Shown here: piece by piece, positions 9,134-18,765 of the stretch | Layout: each line of letters opens with the position of its first letter | Position numbering within the stretch: the first letter of the stretch is position 1 | Position numbers and translations under genes: made by a program | The notes under the pieces: generated by a model | The model's database searches: none | Told to the model about the DNA's origin: nothing | The model's input: only the letters and a program-made list of their open reading frames with translations | Assembly (NCBI GenBank): GCA_048938105.1 | Contig: JBHLMN010000006.1 | Location: 64,001 to 128,000 of the forward strand | Reading direction: 5' to 3' | Source: Promethearchaeota archaeon | GTDB taxonomy: Archaea > Asgardarchaeota > Heimdallarchaeia > Hodarchaeales > Hodarchaeaceae | Length of the DNA: 64,000 nt

Positions 9134-12031
9134 ATGGTAGACGAGAAAAAAGAATGTATCTATGTTCAAAATGCTCAGGTCCACAATCTTCGGAATTTGA
9201 CAGTTTCCATCCCTCGTAATCAATTTGTAGTCATTACTGGTGTAAGTGGATCAGGAAAATCAAGCTTGGCATTTGATGTAATTTTTGCAGAGGGACAACG
9301 TCGGTACGTAGAATCGTTAAGTGCCTATGCCCGACAATTCTTAGGAAGAATGCAAAAACCAGACGTAGAACTGATTGAAGGTTTATCTCCAGCAGTTTCT
9401 ATTGAACAGAAAACAACTAGTAAAAATCCCCGATCAACAGTCGGTACGCAAACTGAGATTTTTGATTATTTGCGTTTATTATTTGCTAATATCGGCATTC
9501 CTCACTGTACGTCTTGTGGAAAGGAATTACGGATTCAGACACCTCAATCAATCGTCCGAACAATACTTACTTGGGAAGAAGGAACAAAAATCAAAGTCTT
9601 GGCACCGATCATTAGGGGGAAAAAAGGTACTCACCATACTCAATGGGAACGACTTACAGAAATGGGATTTGTGCGAGTAAGAGTGGACGGAATCGAATAT
9701 GAACTTACAGATCCTCCCCAGCTCGATCGATACAAACTTCACTCCATTGAAGCCATCGTAGATCGACTTATTATTAAACCTAACATACGAAAACGACTAG
9801 TTGAAGCAATAGAACAAGCGCTTGAACTGGGAGATGGAGTGGTAATAATTTCAAAGGTAAATTCTGAACAGGCGGAGGTAAATAATGATTTCTTTTTTAG
9901 TGAGAATTATGCTTGTCCAGACTGTGAACTCTCCTATGAAGAATTGAAACCAAGGAATTTTAGCTTTAATTCGCCATGGGGTTCATGTCCTGAATGTCAG
10001 GGATTAGGGACAACACTACATGTAGACCCAAACTTAGTTATCACTAATCCAAGTTTGTCATTCCGTGAAGGTGGGATATTGGACAAACCTTTGATACCTG
10101 GGTCGTGGCGGTTTTCTTATTTCACCTCCCTTGCGAAAGTTTGGGATGATTTCTCTGTTGATACACCAATCGAGGATCTTTCTGATGAAGTAATAGAGAG
10201 ATTACTTTATGGCTCACAGAAAAGGATGAGTATTGTTTTTGAATCGGAAAGAAGTCGTTGGGAATCCAAACAACATCTTCATGAAGGTATTATTAGAACA
10301 CTATGGCGGAGGTATCAAGACACACAAAGTGAGAGTGCTCGTTCTTATTATGAACGATTTATGAGGAAGGATTTCTGTTCCAGCTGTAAGGGCAAGCGAT
10401 TAAAACCTGAATCCCTTGCTGTCACAGTCCAAGGTAAGAATATCATTGATATTTCAGAAATGACGGTTGATAGATGTTTAACATGGATTAAAAGCATTCG
10501 CTCTCAACTATCAAAGACTCATCTAAAAATTGCTACAAACATTTTACGAGAGATTGAAGCGAGACTAGAATTCCTTATTTCAGTAGGATTACCCTACTTG
10601 ACATTAGATCGAACTTCAATGACACTCTCAGGTGGAGAATCTCAAAGAATTCGTCTCGCAACGCAAATTGGATCTGCGTTAGTTGGTGTGACCTATGTAT
10701 TAGATGAACCTAGTATTGGACTTCATGCTCGAGATCAACAAAAACTTCTAACATCATTAAAGAATCTTCGGGCAATAGGAAACACAGTCCTTGCTGTTGA
10801 ACATGATCACCAAACAATATTAGCAGCAGATCATGTTATTGACCTCGGCCCTGGTCCAGGTATTCATGGAGGCACCCTAGTTGTCCAAGGGACACCAAAA
10901 GACATAATGAATTGTACTAATTCCACGACTGGAGCTTATCTTTCAGGAAAAAAGAGAATAGAAATACCAAAATATCGAAAAACTGGCAATGGAGAGACAA
11001 TCAAGATAATAGGTGCGACAGCAAATAACCTGAAGAATATTGATGTAGAATTTCCATTAGGCCGTTTTATTTGCATTACAGGTGTTTCAGGATCAGGTAA
11101 ATCAACATTAATGAACGATACATTGTATAGGGGCCTCATGAAATACCTTCACAGGTCACGAGAAAACGTTGGACCTCATAAAAAATTTGAAGGACTAGAA
11201 TTTATTGATAAAGTGATCAACATCGATCAAAGTCCTATCGGTAGAACACCTAGGTCAAATCCTGCAACTTACACTGGTGTTTGGAATAATATCAGAGCAT
11301 TATTCGCTCAGACACAAGAAGCGAAAGTAAGGGGATATAAACAGGGTCGTTTTAGTTTTAACGTTAAAGGTGGCCGGTGTGAGGCATGTCATGGTGGAGG
11401 ACAGATTAAGATTGAACTATCATTCTTACCAGATGTCTGGATTACTTGTGATGATTGCAAAGGTAAACGTTACAACACTGAGACATTAGAAATTCGTTAC
11501 AAAGGAAAAAATATATCTGATGTCTTAAACATGACTGTTGAGGAAGCATTAGATTTCTTTGCATATATTCCGAAAATAAAACACAAATTACAAACTATAG
11601 TAGACGTAGGTTTGAGTTATATCCAATTAGGTCAGCCTGCAACAACCTTATCAGGAGGGGAAGCACAACGTGTCAAATTATCTAAAGAGCTTTCAAAAAG
11701 ATCTACTGGTAAAACATTTTACATTCTAGATGAGCCAACAACAGGTCTTTCAACACATGACATCTCATATCTTTTAGCTGTTCTTCAAAGACTGGTTAAA
11801 GAAGGTAATACAGTTGTGGTTATAGAACATAATCTTGATGTTATCAAAACTGCTGATTGGATTATAGAATTAGGACCTGAAGGTGGGGATAATGGAGGAG
11901 AAGTGCTTGCCACAGGAACCCCAGAGGATATTTCTCAAATTGAATGTCCAACTGGTAGTTATTTACAGGGAATATTTCATTCAAGGGATGCAAAAACACA
12001 ACTAACATCATCAATTGAAACGAGTAATTAG
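9134..12031 (+). CDS. uvrA: Excinuclease ABC subunit A
   Basis: Two NBDs (GVSGSGKSS, GVSGSGKST), LSGGE signatures, CxxC zinc modules, AEGQRRYVESLSAYARQF and IDQSPIGRTPRSNPATY motifs. Confidence 0.98.
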   Translation: MVDEKKECIYVQNAQVHNLRNLTVSIPRNQFVVITGVSGSGKSSLAFDVIFAEGQRRYVESLSAYARQFLGRMQKPDVELIEGLSPAVSIEQKTTSKNPRSTVGTQTEIFDYLRLLFANIGIPHCTSCGKELRIQTPQSIVRTILTWEEGTKIKVLAPIIRGKKGTHHTQWERLTEMGFVRVRVDGIEYELTDPPQLDRYKLHSIEAIVDRLIIKPNIRKRLVEAIEQALELGDGVVIISKVNSEQAEVNNDFFFSENYACPDCELSYEELKPRNFSFNSPWGSCPECQGLGTTLHVDPNLVITNPSLSFREGGILDKPLIPGSWRFSYFTSLAKVWDDFSVDTPIEDLSDEVIERLLYGSQKRMSIVFESERSRWESKQHLHEGIIRTLWRRYQDTQSESARSYYERFMRKDFCSSCKGKRLKPESLAVTVQGKNIIDISEMTVDRCLTWIKSIRSQLSKTHLKIATNILREIEARLEFLISVGLPYLTLDRTSMTLSGGESQRIRLATQIGSALVGVTYVLDEPSIGLHARDQQKLLTSLKNLRAIGNTVLAVEHDHQTILAADHVIDLGPGPGIHGGTLVVQGTPKDIMNCTNSTTGAYLSGKKRIEIPKYRKTGNGETIKIIGATANNLKNIDVEFPLGRFICITGVSGSGKSTLMNDTLYRGLMKYLHRSRENVGPHKKFEGLEFIDKVINIDQSPIGRTPRSNPATYTGVWNNIRALFAQTQEAKVRGYKQGRFSFNVKGGRCEACHGGGQIKIELSFLPDVWITCDDCKGKRYNTETLEIRYKGKNISDVLNMTVEEALDFFAYIPKIKHKLQTIVDVGLSYIQLGQPATTLSGGEAQRVKLSKELSKRSTGKTFYILDEPTTGLSTHDISYLLAVLQRLVKEGNTVVVIEHNLDVIKTADWIIELGPEGGDNGGEVLATGTPEDISQIECPTGSYLQGIFHSRDAKTQLTSSIETSN

Positions 12032-12086
12032 ACTTAATTGATAATATACACTCAAATTTTTAACTTTCAATACTTATACTAGTTTT

Positions 12087-13517
12087 ATGCTTCATTTAAC
12101 TTTACTCACCTCCAAAGAACAAGAGATGATACATACAGCGGCATTAAATGTCTTGGAATCAGTTGGGTGTGAAATTCGGGATAAAAGATGGCTTAATGAA
12201 CTCGATAAAGCGGGAGCTAAAGTCGAGAATAAGAGTTCAAGGGTTTTTATTACTGATGAAGACTTAATTAATACTTCTATTGAAACATGTGGTCGAAAAA
12301 TAAAAAAACTGGCTCGAAATCCAAAAAATGATTTTGTTTTAGGTACAAACCATCCTAAAACTCATACACCTGAAGGTATGACGCATATCATTGATTTAAA
12401 GACAGCCAAAAGACGAGAATCACTATTATCTGATGTAAAAGAAATTGCAATAATCTGTGATAGCTTAACTAATGTAGATGCAATTATAAGTCCAATTGTC
12501 CCCAATGATGTCCCCCCACCCCTTCAATCTATCATATCTATGAAAGTTCTTCTAGAGAACTCTTCAAAACCTGTCATTCCTGGTGGGACCGCATTAAACA
12601 GGACTTTACCTTACATCTTTAAAATGAAACAAGCAATAGCAGGAGATCGTGATATTACTGAGTACAGTCTTGGGGTTGGTGTTTTTGCCACAAGTCCCTT
12701 AAAGTATTCTCCTGAACAATTAGATCTTCTATGGCAAAGTACTGAGATCGGTACTCCTTGTTCGGTGGGTTCTGCGCCTCAAGCAGGTTCAACAGCCCCA
12801 GCTTACCTAGCTGGTATGTTAACTCAATTTACTGCCGAAGTATTGATGGGACTTGTTATGGCACAGGTGAAGAGGCCTGGGTTGAGTCAGTATATTTATG
12901 TCCGTACTTATCTTATCAATCCTCGAATGGGAAGTCTCAATTCAAGTAGTCCAGAAGTTGGACTTATTCAAGCAGCAGCAACACAGCTATTCAAAGAAAA
13001 ATATCAAATCCCTGTAGATTCAGGTTGGGCTGTTAGTGATTCTCACATAGTAGGGTCTCAGGCTACCTATGAGAAAAGCTATATTTGGTTAATGAGTATG
13101 TTAGCTGGGGCAGACATGGTTTCAGGAATTAGTGGCCTTAGCAGCGGTCTGACTGCCTCGATTTCGCAAGCTGTAATTGATAATGAAATAATTGGTTATT
13201 TACGTCAGGGATGCTCAAGAATACTTGTTGACGACATGCATTTGAGTATCGAAATGATCAAAAATATCGGTATTGATGGTACATTTCTAACTCATCCTAA
13301 AACTGGGAAAATTATACGTCAAGAACGGTGGTTTCCAGATCTATCAACTCATGACCGTCATGAGATCTGGGAAGCAGCTGGTTCATATGGATTAGTGAGA
13401 ACAGCAGGTAAAAAAGCTTTAGAAATCCTTGAAAGCCATGAAGCCGAACCATTGGATTCCGATCTAAAGAAAACTTTGGACAAAATCGTCCATAAGGCAA
13501 AAAAACAATTAATTTAG
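12087..13517 (+). CDS. Trimethylamine methyltransferase (MttB/MtgB) superfamily protein, non-pyrrolysine
   Basis: IHTAALNVLESVG, SPLKY, AGSTAPAYLAG, SDSHIVGSQATYEK, VIDNEIIG, GTFLTHPKT and WEAAG motifs; no in-frame TAG. Confidence 0.88.
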   Translation: MLHLTLLTSKEQEMIHTAALNVLESVGCEIRDKRWLNELDKAGAKVENKSSRVFITDEDLINTSIETCGRKIKKLARNPKNDFVLGTNHPKTHTPEGMTHIIDLKTAKRRESLLSDVKEIAIICDSLTNVDAIISPIVPNDVPPPLQSIISMKVLLENSSKPVIPGGTALNRTLPYIFKMKQAIAGDRDITEYSLGVGVFATSPLKYSPEQLDLLWQSTEIGTPCSVGSAPQAGSTAPAYLAGMLTQFTAEVLMGLVMAQVKRPGLSQYIYVRTYLINPRMGSLNSSSPEVGLIQAAATQLFKEKYQIPVDSGWAVSDSHIVGSQATYEKSYIWLMSMLAGADMVSGISGLSSGLTASISQAVIDNEIIGYLRQGCSRILVDDMHLSIEMIKNIGIDGTFLTHPKTGKIIRQERWFPDLSTHDRHEIWEAAGSYGLVRTAGKKALEILESHEAEPLDSDLKKTLDKIVHKAKKQLI

Positions 13518-13765
13518 TTTCAGTATATCTCAAAAATACGATCTTCTAAACAAAAATTATTAAAGTAATTTATATTAAAGTACAAGCAGATAGCAGGATT
13601 AAAACAAGTGTCTTGATTACTTGCAATTCCTATTAGCAAGGAAATAATCAACAACGAGAATAATACTCGGGTGTGGAAGAATTTAAGTGCAATTTTCTTT
13701 CAAAAGACATTAGTTGTGCCAATTCATGCTTTTATGATAATTTAACAATATAGAAGGAAAATAAA

Positions 13766-13906
13766 ATGAAAAAAAACAATATGACAAAAAAATACGATGG
13801 AACAGCCCTTTTTGGTTCGATTATTAGATCACTTTTTACACCTATAAAAGACACAAGACGACCAAAAAAGGAAGGGTATGTTCCGATAAATCTACGTAGA
13901 GCCTAA
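13766..13906 (+). CDS. Putative small basic protein (46 aa)
   Basis: Read by hand: MKKNNMTKKYDGTALFGSIIRSLFTPIKDTRRPKKEGYVPINLRRA. GAAGG lies upstream and a T-rich tract downstream; it occupies an otherwise empty ~470 bp gap. Confidence 0.4.
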   Translation: MKKNNMTKKYDGTALFGSIIRSLFTPIKDTRRPKKEGYVPINLRRA

Positions 13907-13986
13907 AAAGCTCTCTTTCTATCTATTTTTCACTAATTTTTATAGAATAGTTTTAACTAGGGATTAAGTACCACGAGTTTGCCTCA

Positions 13987-15375
13987 TTACTCAACTATAG
14001 GCTTAAATCTCCCAGTAAAATGTCGAAGAATACCTGGATCATAAATGATTTTCATTCCAGTTATCTCTGTTCTGTTTTTATAGAGATCTACAACAGAATC
14101 GATAACATAATTGAGATGTTCCTGAGAATACACTCTCCTTGGGATTGCTAATCGAACTTGTTCCAACTCTGGATATATCCATTCCCCATTTTCCTGTTGA
14201 CGCCCAAATGCCACAGAACCTAGCTCAGCTGCGCGAATGCCATAACGCTCATATAAAGCTATCGTAAGAGCCCAACCTGGAAATCTTGATTGCGGGATAT
14301 GAGGGAGGAAACTTTTTACATCCAAATTAATAGAATGCCCTCCAACTGGTTTTATAAATGGAACTCCACCTTTTTCCAACCCTTTTGCTAAATATTCAAG
14401 CTGTTGATGCCGATATTCAAGATAATCCTCATGCAATACTTCAGTTAATCCTCTGGCAATAGCCTCTAAATCACGTCCAGCAAGTCCACCATATGTAGGA
14501 AATCCTTCTATTACGGTCATTCTTTCTGTGATTCGACGATAGATTTGTTTATCATTAAGCGCGATAAATCCACCAATATTTACTAGGCCATCTTTTTTTG
14601 CGCTTACCATACAACCATCAGCATAAGAAAACATCTTTTGGGCGATCTCTTTAGGTGAAAGATGTTGATACCCCTTTTCCCGTAGTTTTATGAAGTACGC
14701 ATTCTCTGCAAAACGGGCTGCATCTAGGAAAAAAGGTATCTTATTTTTCTTAGCAATTCTTGAAACTTCAGCCATATTTGCAAGTGAAACAGGTTGGCCT
14801 CCTCCAGCATTGTTCGTCACGGTGATAACAATCAACGAGACATTACTTTCGTTTTGAATATAATCTTCTAAAGCTTTTGTATTAAGATTTCCTTTAAAAG
14901 CATGGATTAATGATTGTTTAAAAGCCTCTGGTATGACAAAATCGTGAGCTTTTGCGCCTGCTATTTCAATATTTGCACGTGTAGTATCAAAGAATTGGTT
15001 AGAAACAGTCACCTTTGTACGATCAAGATTAAATGCATAACAAATTAAATTTTCAGCACTCCGCCCTTGGTGAGTAGGAATAACGTATTTATACCCAGTT
15101 ATATCTTGAATAACACTCTGAAAATTGAAAAAATTTTTACATTGTGCATATGATTCGTCTCCCAACATGATTCCAGCCCATTGATTATCAGACATGGCTG
15201 AAGTTCCAGAATCTGTCAATAAGTCAATGTATATGTTTTCTGCGGCAATGTTGAAAAAATTATATCCTGCTTCTTCTAACCATTTCTTTCGTTGTTTCCG
15301 TGTAGTTTTTTTAATGGGTTCAATAACTTTAATTTTGAAAGGTGGTGGATTTAGTTTTTGATTAAAATCTGACAT
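13987..15375 (-). CDS. tnaA: Tryptophanase (PLP beta-eliminating lyase)
   Basis: IDLLTDSGT, PTHQGRSAE, SAKKDGLVNIGG (PLP lysine), EGFPTYGGLAGRD; SAKKD and LRHFT favour TnaA over Tpl (SGKKD, LRFFT). Confidence 0.92.
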   Translation of the reverse strand: MSDFNQKLNPPPFKIKVIEPIKKTTRKQRKKWLEEAGYNFFNIAAENIYIDLLTDSGTSAMSDNQWAGIMLGDESYAQCKNFFNFQSVIQDITGYKYVIPTHQGRSAENLICYAFNLDRTKVTVSNQFFDTTRANIEIAGAKAHDFVIPEAFKQSLIHAFKGNLNTKALEDYIQNESNVSLIVITVTNNAGGGQPVSLANMAEVSRIAKKNKIPFFLDAARFAENAYFIKLREKGYQHLSPKEIAQKMFSYADGCMVSAKKDGLVNIGGFIALNDKQIYRRITERMTVIEGFPTYGGLAGRDLEAIARGLTEVLHEDYLEYRHQQLEYLAKGLEKGGVPFIKPVGGHSINLDVKSFLPHIPQSRFPGWALTIALYERYGIRAAELGSVAFGRQQENGEWIYPELEQVRLAIPRRVYSQEHLNYVIDSVVDLYKNRTEITGMKIIYDPGILRHFTGRFKPIVE

Positions 15376-15456
15376 ATTGATCTCTTCCTATAAATTATAT
15401 ACTAATTAACCACATATTCATCAAAAATTAAGAATGTAGCTACGGGTGTTTGTTTG

Positions 15457-16881
15457 TTAGATAGCACGAGCTTCTTCCATTTTTTTTTCAAACTGAGTCT
15501 GCCATATTGGGTAATCAGTTGGATTATCAGGATATTCTGTAAACAGTTTCTCGAAGAATTGGGCTCCTTTGAGTATTTTGTAAAGCTGAAGGAGAATACC
15601 ATATCGAGGAAAGGATTTGATACCAATTGTTAATTTCTCGCTGAATCCCAGCGCTTTCCCTGCGTGTAGATTTACAAATTGTTCTTGATTCAATATTTTC
15701 CTCTTTAGTAAGAATTCAACTCCTGAAACCTTGATTCGCCGTAAAGCTGCGGTGAATAGTTGTACTTTGGTGTGACTAAGACCGAAATGTTTCATAATAT
15801 CAACATTATACTGCCATAACTGTTTTTCAGAAACGTCGTTCACCTCAATCGCTTCTGCTGTTGCCTTTCCAGCATAATAACCTGCAGTCAGCGCTGGGCC
15901 GTGTCCTTCTGCTGATAATGGATTTACATGAAATGCAGCGTCACCTGCAGTCAAAAATCCTGATGCTACAGCATTCGTCATTGGATAACGAGTCGGTATG
16001 GTGTAACCTCCTTTCTCTTCTACCTCGTACGAGCCAGGAGGATAATAATATTTGTGTAAAACTTCCCAAAAACGTTCTTTCATTCCTCTCATTCTAGGTT
16101 CAAGAAACCAACCAATTCCAACATTAAGTCGTTTTGAACCTTTAGTAAAGACCCAAAAATAACCAGGTTCAGGGATTTCTTTGCGATAGATCAAAAAAAT
16201 CTTATTATGATAAGGATGATCTTCTCCTTTTAATCTAATAATTTCACGATAAGAAACAGCAACATCTCGCTTCTCCATCGTCTTTTCAAGAAAAGGAAAG
16301 CCATCTTTTGGGAGAGTTTTACGTATTTGGAAATTTCTGCCAGAACAATCAATTGTAATTCTCGCTCGGATTTCGTATGTTTGTTTGTTCTTTCTATCCT
16401 CAACTACTGCTCCTTTTACGACATCAGCGTCAGTGATCGCCTTAATACCTTTGGTCTCTGGTCGTACTTCAACACCATATTCTTCAGCTGTCCTCAAAAG
16501 CCGCTGACCATAGGGGTGACGATTTAGAACATAACCATCCCCTCGTATCGGAAAATCAGCTTTAGTTGTTTTAAATATTAAATGCTCTACAAAATCGGCA
16601 ACTTCTTCCCCGTGAGGCTTTTCAATACCTAGCTTCTCTTCTAGGAATGTCGCTGGTGCCAAATTTAACGCATCACCACAAACTTTGTTTCCGATTTCTT
16701 CATGTGCTTTTGCATCAATCAAAATTACATCTCGACCCATTTTAGCTGCTGTTAAAGCCGAAATTACCCCTGCAGGGCCCCCACCAACAACTAAAACCTC
16801 AGTTTCTACCATAACATTCACACCAAGCGTAGGAGGAGGCAATGACTTATCAGTTAAAAACTCCTCACCTTTATTTCTCAT
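15457..16881 (-). CDS. Geranylgeranyl reductase family FAD oxidoreductase (DGGGPL reductase-like)
   Basis: VVGGGPAG, KVCGDA, PGYFWVF, NVGIG, GDAAFHVNPLSAEGHG. Confidence 0.88.
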   Translation of the reverse strand: MRNKGEEFLTDKSLPPPTLGVNVMVETEVLVVGGGPAGVISALTAAKMGRDVILIDAKAHEEIGNKVCGDALNLAPATFLEEKLGIEKPHGEEVADFVEHLIFKTTKADFPIRGDGYVLNRHPYGQRLLRTAEEYGVEVRPETKGIKAITDADVVKGAVVEDRKNKQTYEIRARITIDCSGRNFQIRKTLPKDGFPFLEKTMEKRDVAVSYREIIRLKGEDHPYHNKIFLIYRKEIPEPGYFWVFTKGSKRLNVGIGWFLEPRMRGMKERFWEVLHKYYYPPGSYEVEEKGGYTIPTRYPMTNAVASGFLTAGDAAFHVNPLSAEGHGPALTAGYYAGKATAEAIEVNDVSEKQLWQYNVDIMKHFGLSHTKVQLFTAALRRIKVSGVEFLLKRKILNQEQFVNLHAGKALGFSEKLTIGIKSFPRYGILLQLYKILKGAQFFEKLFTEYPDNPTDYPIWQTQFEKKMEEARAI

Positions 16882-17007
16882 CTTTCAATCATAAGTTTAG
16901 AAGTATATTTTTCCCTGAATAAGTCTGGTTTCGCAAAATATCAACGGTATAATATCTAACATAATCCTTATAATTTCTGGATATTGGGAAAAATCCGGTT
17001 TATTCGA

Positions 17008-17928
17008 ATGGCTAAACATGATCGTTTGATAACGTTGAAAGAGGCGGTGATTTATTCCAATCATGTAGAGGAAAACATCCGCCTACAGATCGAACGAGGT
17101 GCATTGAAAAAATATGATAAAAAGGGAAATCTACTGGAAGATCCTTTAAGAGTGAAAGGTTTCTTTAAACTATCTGAATTGATGTCAGTTTATGATATAA
17201 AGGATCCTGAGGCTGTTAAAAAACGTTTTCTTTCACGAAAGATCAGGAGGGATAGTGCTAAGAATATAAATCCCAAAACAACAGTCTTACTACGATCCTT
17301 TGAAATGAATAACTTGAAGAAAGTGATGGATAATAGTATTGATACTTGGATTCTTTCACCAAGATTCACATTAAACGAAAAGGAGGATAAAGTAACATAT
17401 AGTGAGATTTCTAAATCACTAGTTTTAAGAGAAGTTCATAGTTACTTGAAAGAATCCCAGCGGATTCTAAGACCTAAGGGCAATGTCATAATCCATTCCA
17501 TTCCACGATTTCTCCCTTATTTTGGTCTACAACTTAATAAGTTGGGATTTTTCTTTAAATACTGGATTGTTTATCCAAAGAAAAATTCAATTCAGCAAAA
17601 TTTGAAGAAATTTGTCCCCTTAGCAAATGGAATTCTTTATTATGTAAAATCTCCCAAGAATTTTAGGATTAATCGTGTAAGGATACCTTATCGGCATTGT
17701 TCTTTCTGTAATGAACCACTAAAGGATTATGGTGGAAAAAAACACCTAAGACATGTAGATGGAATGGTTTTGTCAGATATATGGCATTTAGATCACAATC
17801 CTACAGACCAAAATCTACCCTCTGAAATCTCTTCCTTTATTTTAAGACGATTAATTGATCTTTCTTGTACATCAGAGTCGTCCCTGCTACTTGCGCCATT
17901 TGATGGAGAAATTTCTAATGAATTTTGA
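17008..17928 (+). CDS. HTH-fused, degenerate beta-class N4/N6 DNA methyltransferase
   Basis: N-terminal LITLKEA...IRLQIERGALKKY HTH-like segment; MTase body (RILRPKG, CSFC..KDYGGKKH, LSDIW, LRRLIDLS), but motif IV reads ILSPRF and motif I LAPFDG. ATG at 17008 preferred over TTG at 16984. Confidence 0.75.
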   Translation: MAKHDRLITLKEAVIYSNHVEENIRLQIERGALKKYDKKGNLLEDPLRVKGFFKLSELMSVYDIKDPEAVKKRFLSRKIRRDSAKNINPKTTVLLRSFEMNNLKKVMDNSIDTWILSPRFTLNEKEDKVTYSEISKSLVLREVHSYLKESQRILRPKGNVIIHSIPRFLPYFGLQLNKLGFFFKYWIVYPKKNSIQQNLKKFVPLANGILYYVKSPKNFRINRVRIPYRHCSFCNEPLKDYGGKKHLRHVDGMVLSDIWHLDHNPTDQNLPSEISSFILRRLIDLSCTSESSLLLAPFDGEISNEF

Positions 17929-18718
17929 AAATTCCATAATTACTGGGGATTGCATTGAAGAAATGAAGAAATTACCCTCTGAGATTGTTGATCTCGCATT
18001 TGCAGACCCTCCTTACAATTTAGAGAAAGATTATGGAATATATGAGGATTCCAATACCGCAGGTAACTATATCAACTGGACAGAGAAATGGTTAACCGAA
18101 ATTATACGGTTATTGAAGCCAGATGGGTCTTTTTATTTATTAAATCTTCCAAAATGGACTCTATATCATGCTGTGTTTTTAGATCAATTTTTGTATCGTC
18201 AGAATACAATTGCATGGGATGCTTTATCCACACCCCGAGGTAAGATAATGCCAGCTCATTATTCTTTACTTTATTATACCAAATCACCTCATGAATATAC
18301 CTTTAACAAATTAACCACAAAGCACAATTGGACGCATTGCGCCCGTGTAAAGTGTATTAAGCAACGAAATGCATCTTCATTAGTCGAACAGCCATTTTCA
18401 GACATTTGGACTAATATTTATAGAGTCAAACACCGAAGAAAGAGACATGCCCATCATCCTACCCAATTACCATTAACATTTATGGAAAGAATAATCTTAA
18501 CCTCTTCTAATGAAGGAGATATGGTATTCGATCCATTTCTTGGTGTAGGAACAACTACAATTGTAGCTAAACTCCTAAGACGAAAGTTCTTAGGTATTGA
18601 AATCAACCCTGTATATGTTCAAGAATCACTTAGAAAATTAAACCAAGTCTCATCATATCAGTCTCGTCTTGAATTTCAAAATAAACAACAAATAATGGAT
18701 CTTGAAAGATTTCTTTAA
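17918..18718 (+). CDS. Beta-class N4/N6 DNA methyltransferase
   Basis: IITGDCIEEM, FADPPYN (motif IV), HPTQLP, VFDPFLGVGTT (motif I), GIEINP. ATG at 17918 overlaps the previous gene by 11 nt. Confidence 0.93.
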   Translation: MNFENSIITGDCIEEMKKLPSEIVDLAFADPPYNLEKDYGIYEDSNTAGNYINWTEKWLTEIIRLLKPDGSFYLLNLPKWTLYHAVFLDQFLYRQNTIAWDALSTPRGKIMPAHYSLLYYTKSPHEYTFNKLTTKHNWTHCARVKCIKQRNASSLVEQPFSDIWTNIYRVKHRRKRHAHHPTQLPLTFMERIILTSSNEGDMVFDPFLGVGTTTIVAKLLRRKFLGIEINPVYVQESLRKLNQVSSYQSRLEFQNKQQIMDLERFL

Positions 18719-18765
18719 CAAAATCTCTTTTAAATTTTTTCACTAGGACCCCATAGTGATCAAAA

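Noticed and set aside
12087-13517. Pyrrolysine-containing MttB
   Set aside because: The ORF has no in-frame TAG; the equivalent region reads GWAVSDSH.
13987-15375. Tyrosine phenol-lyase assignment
   Set aside because: SAKKD and LRHFT match tryptophanase rather than Tpl.
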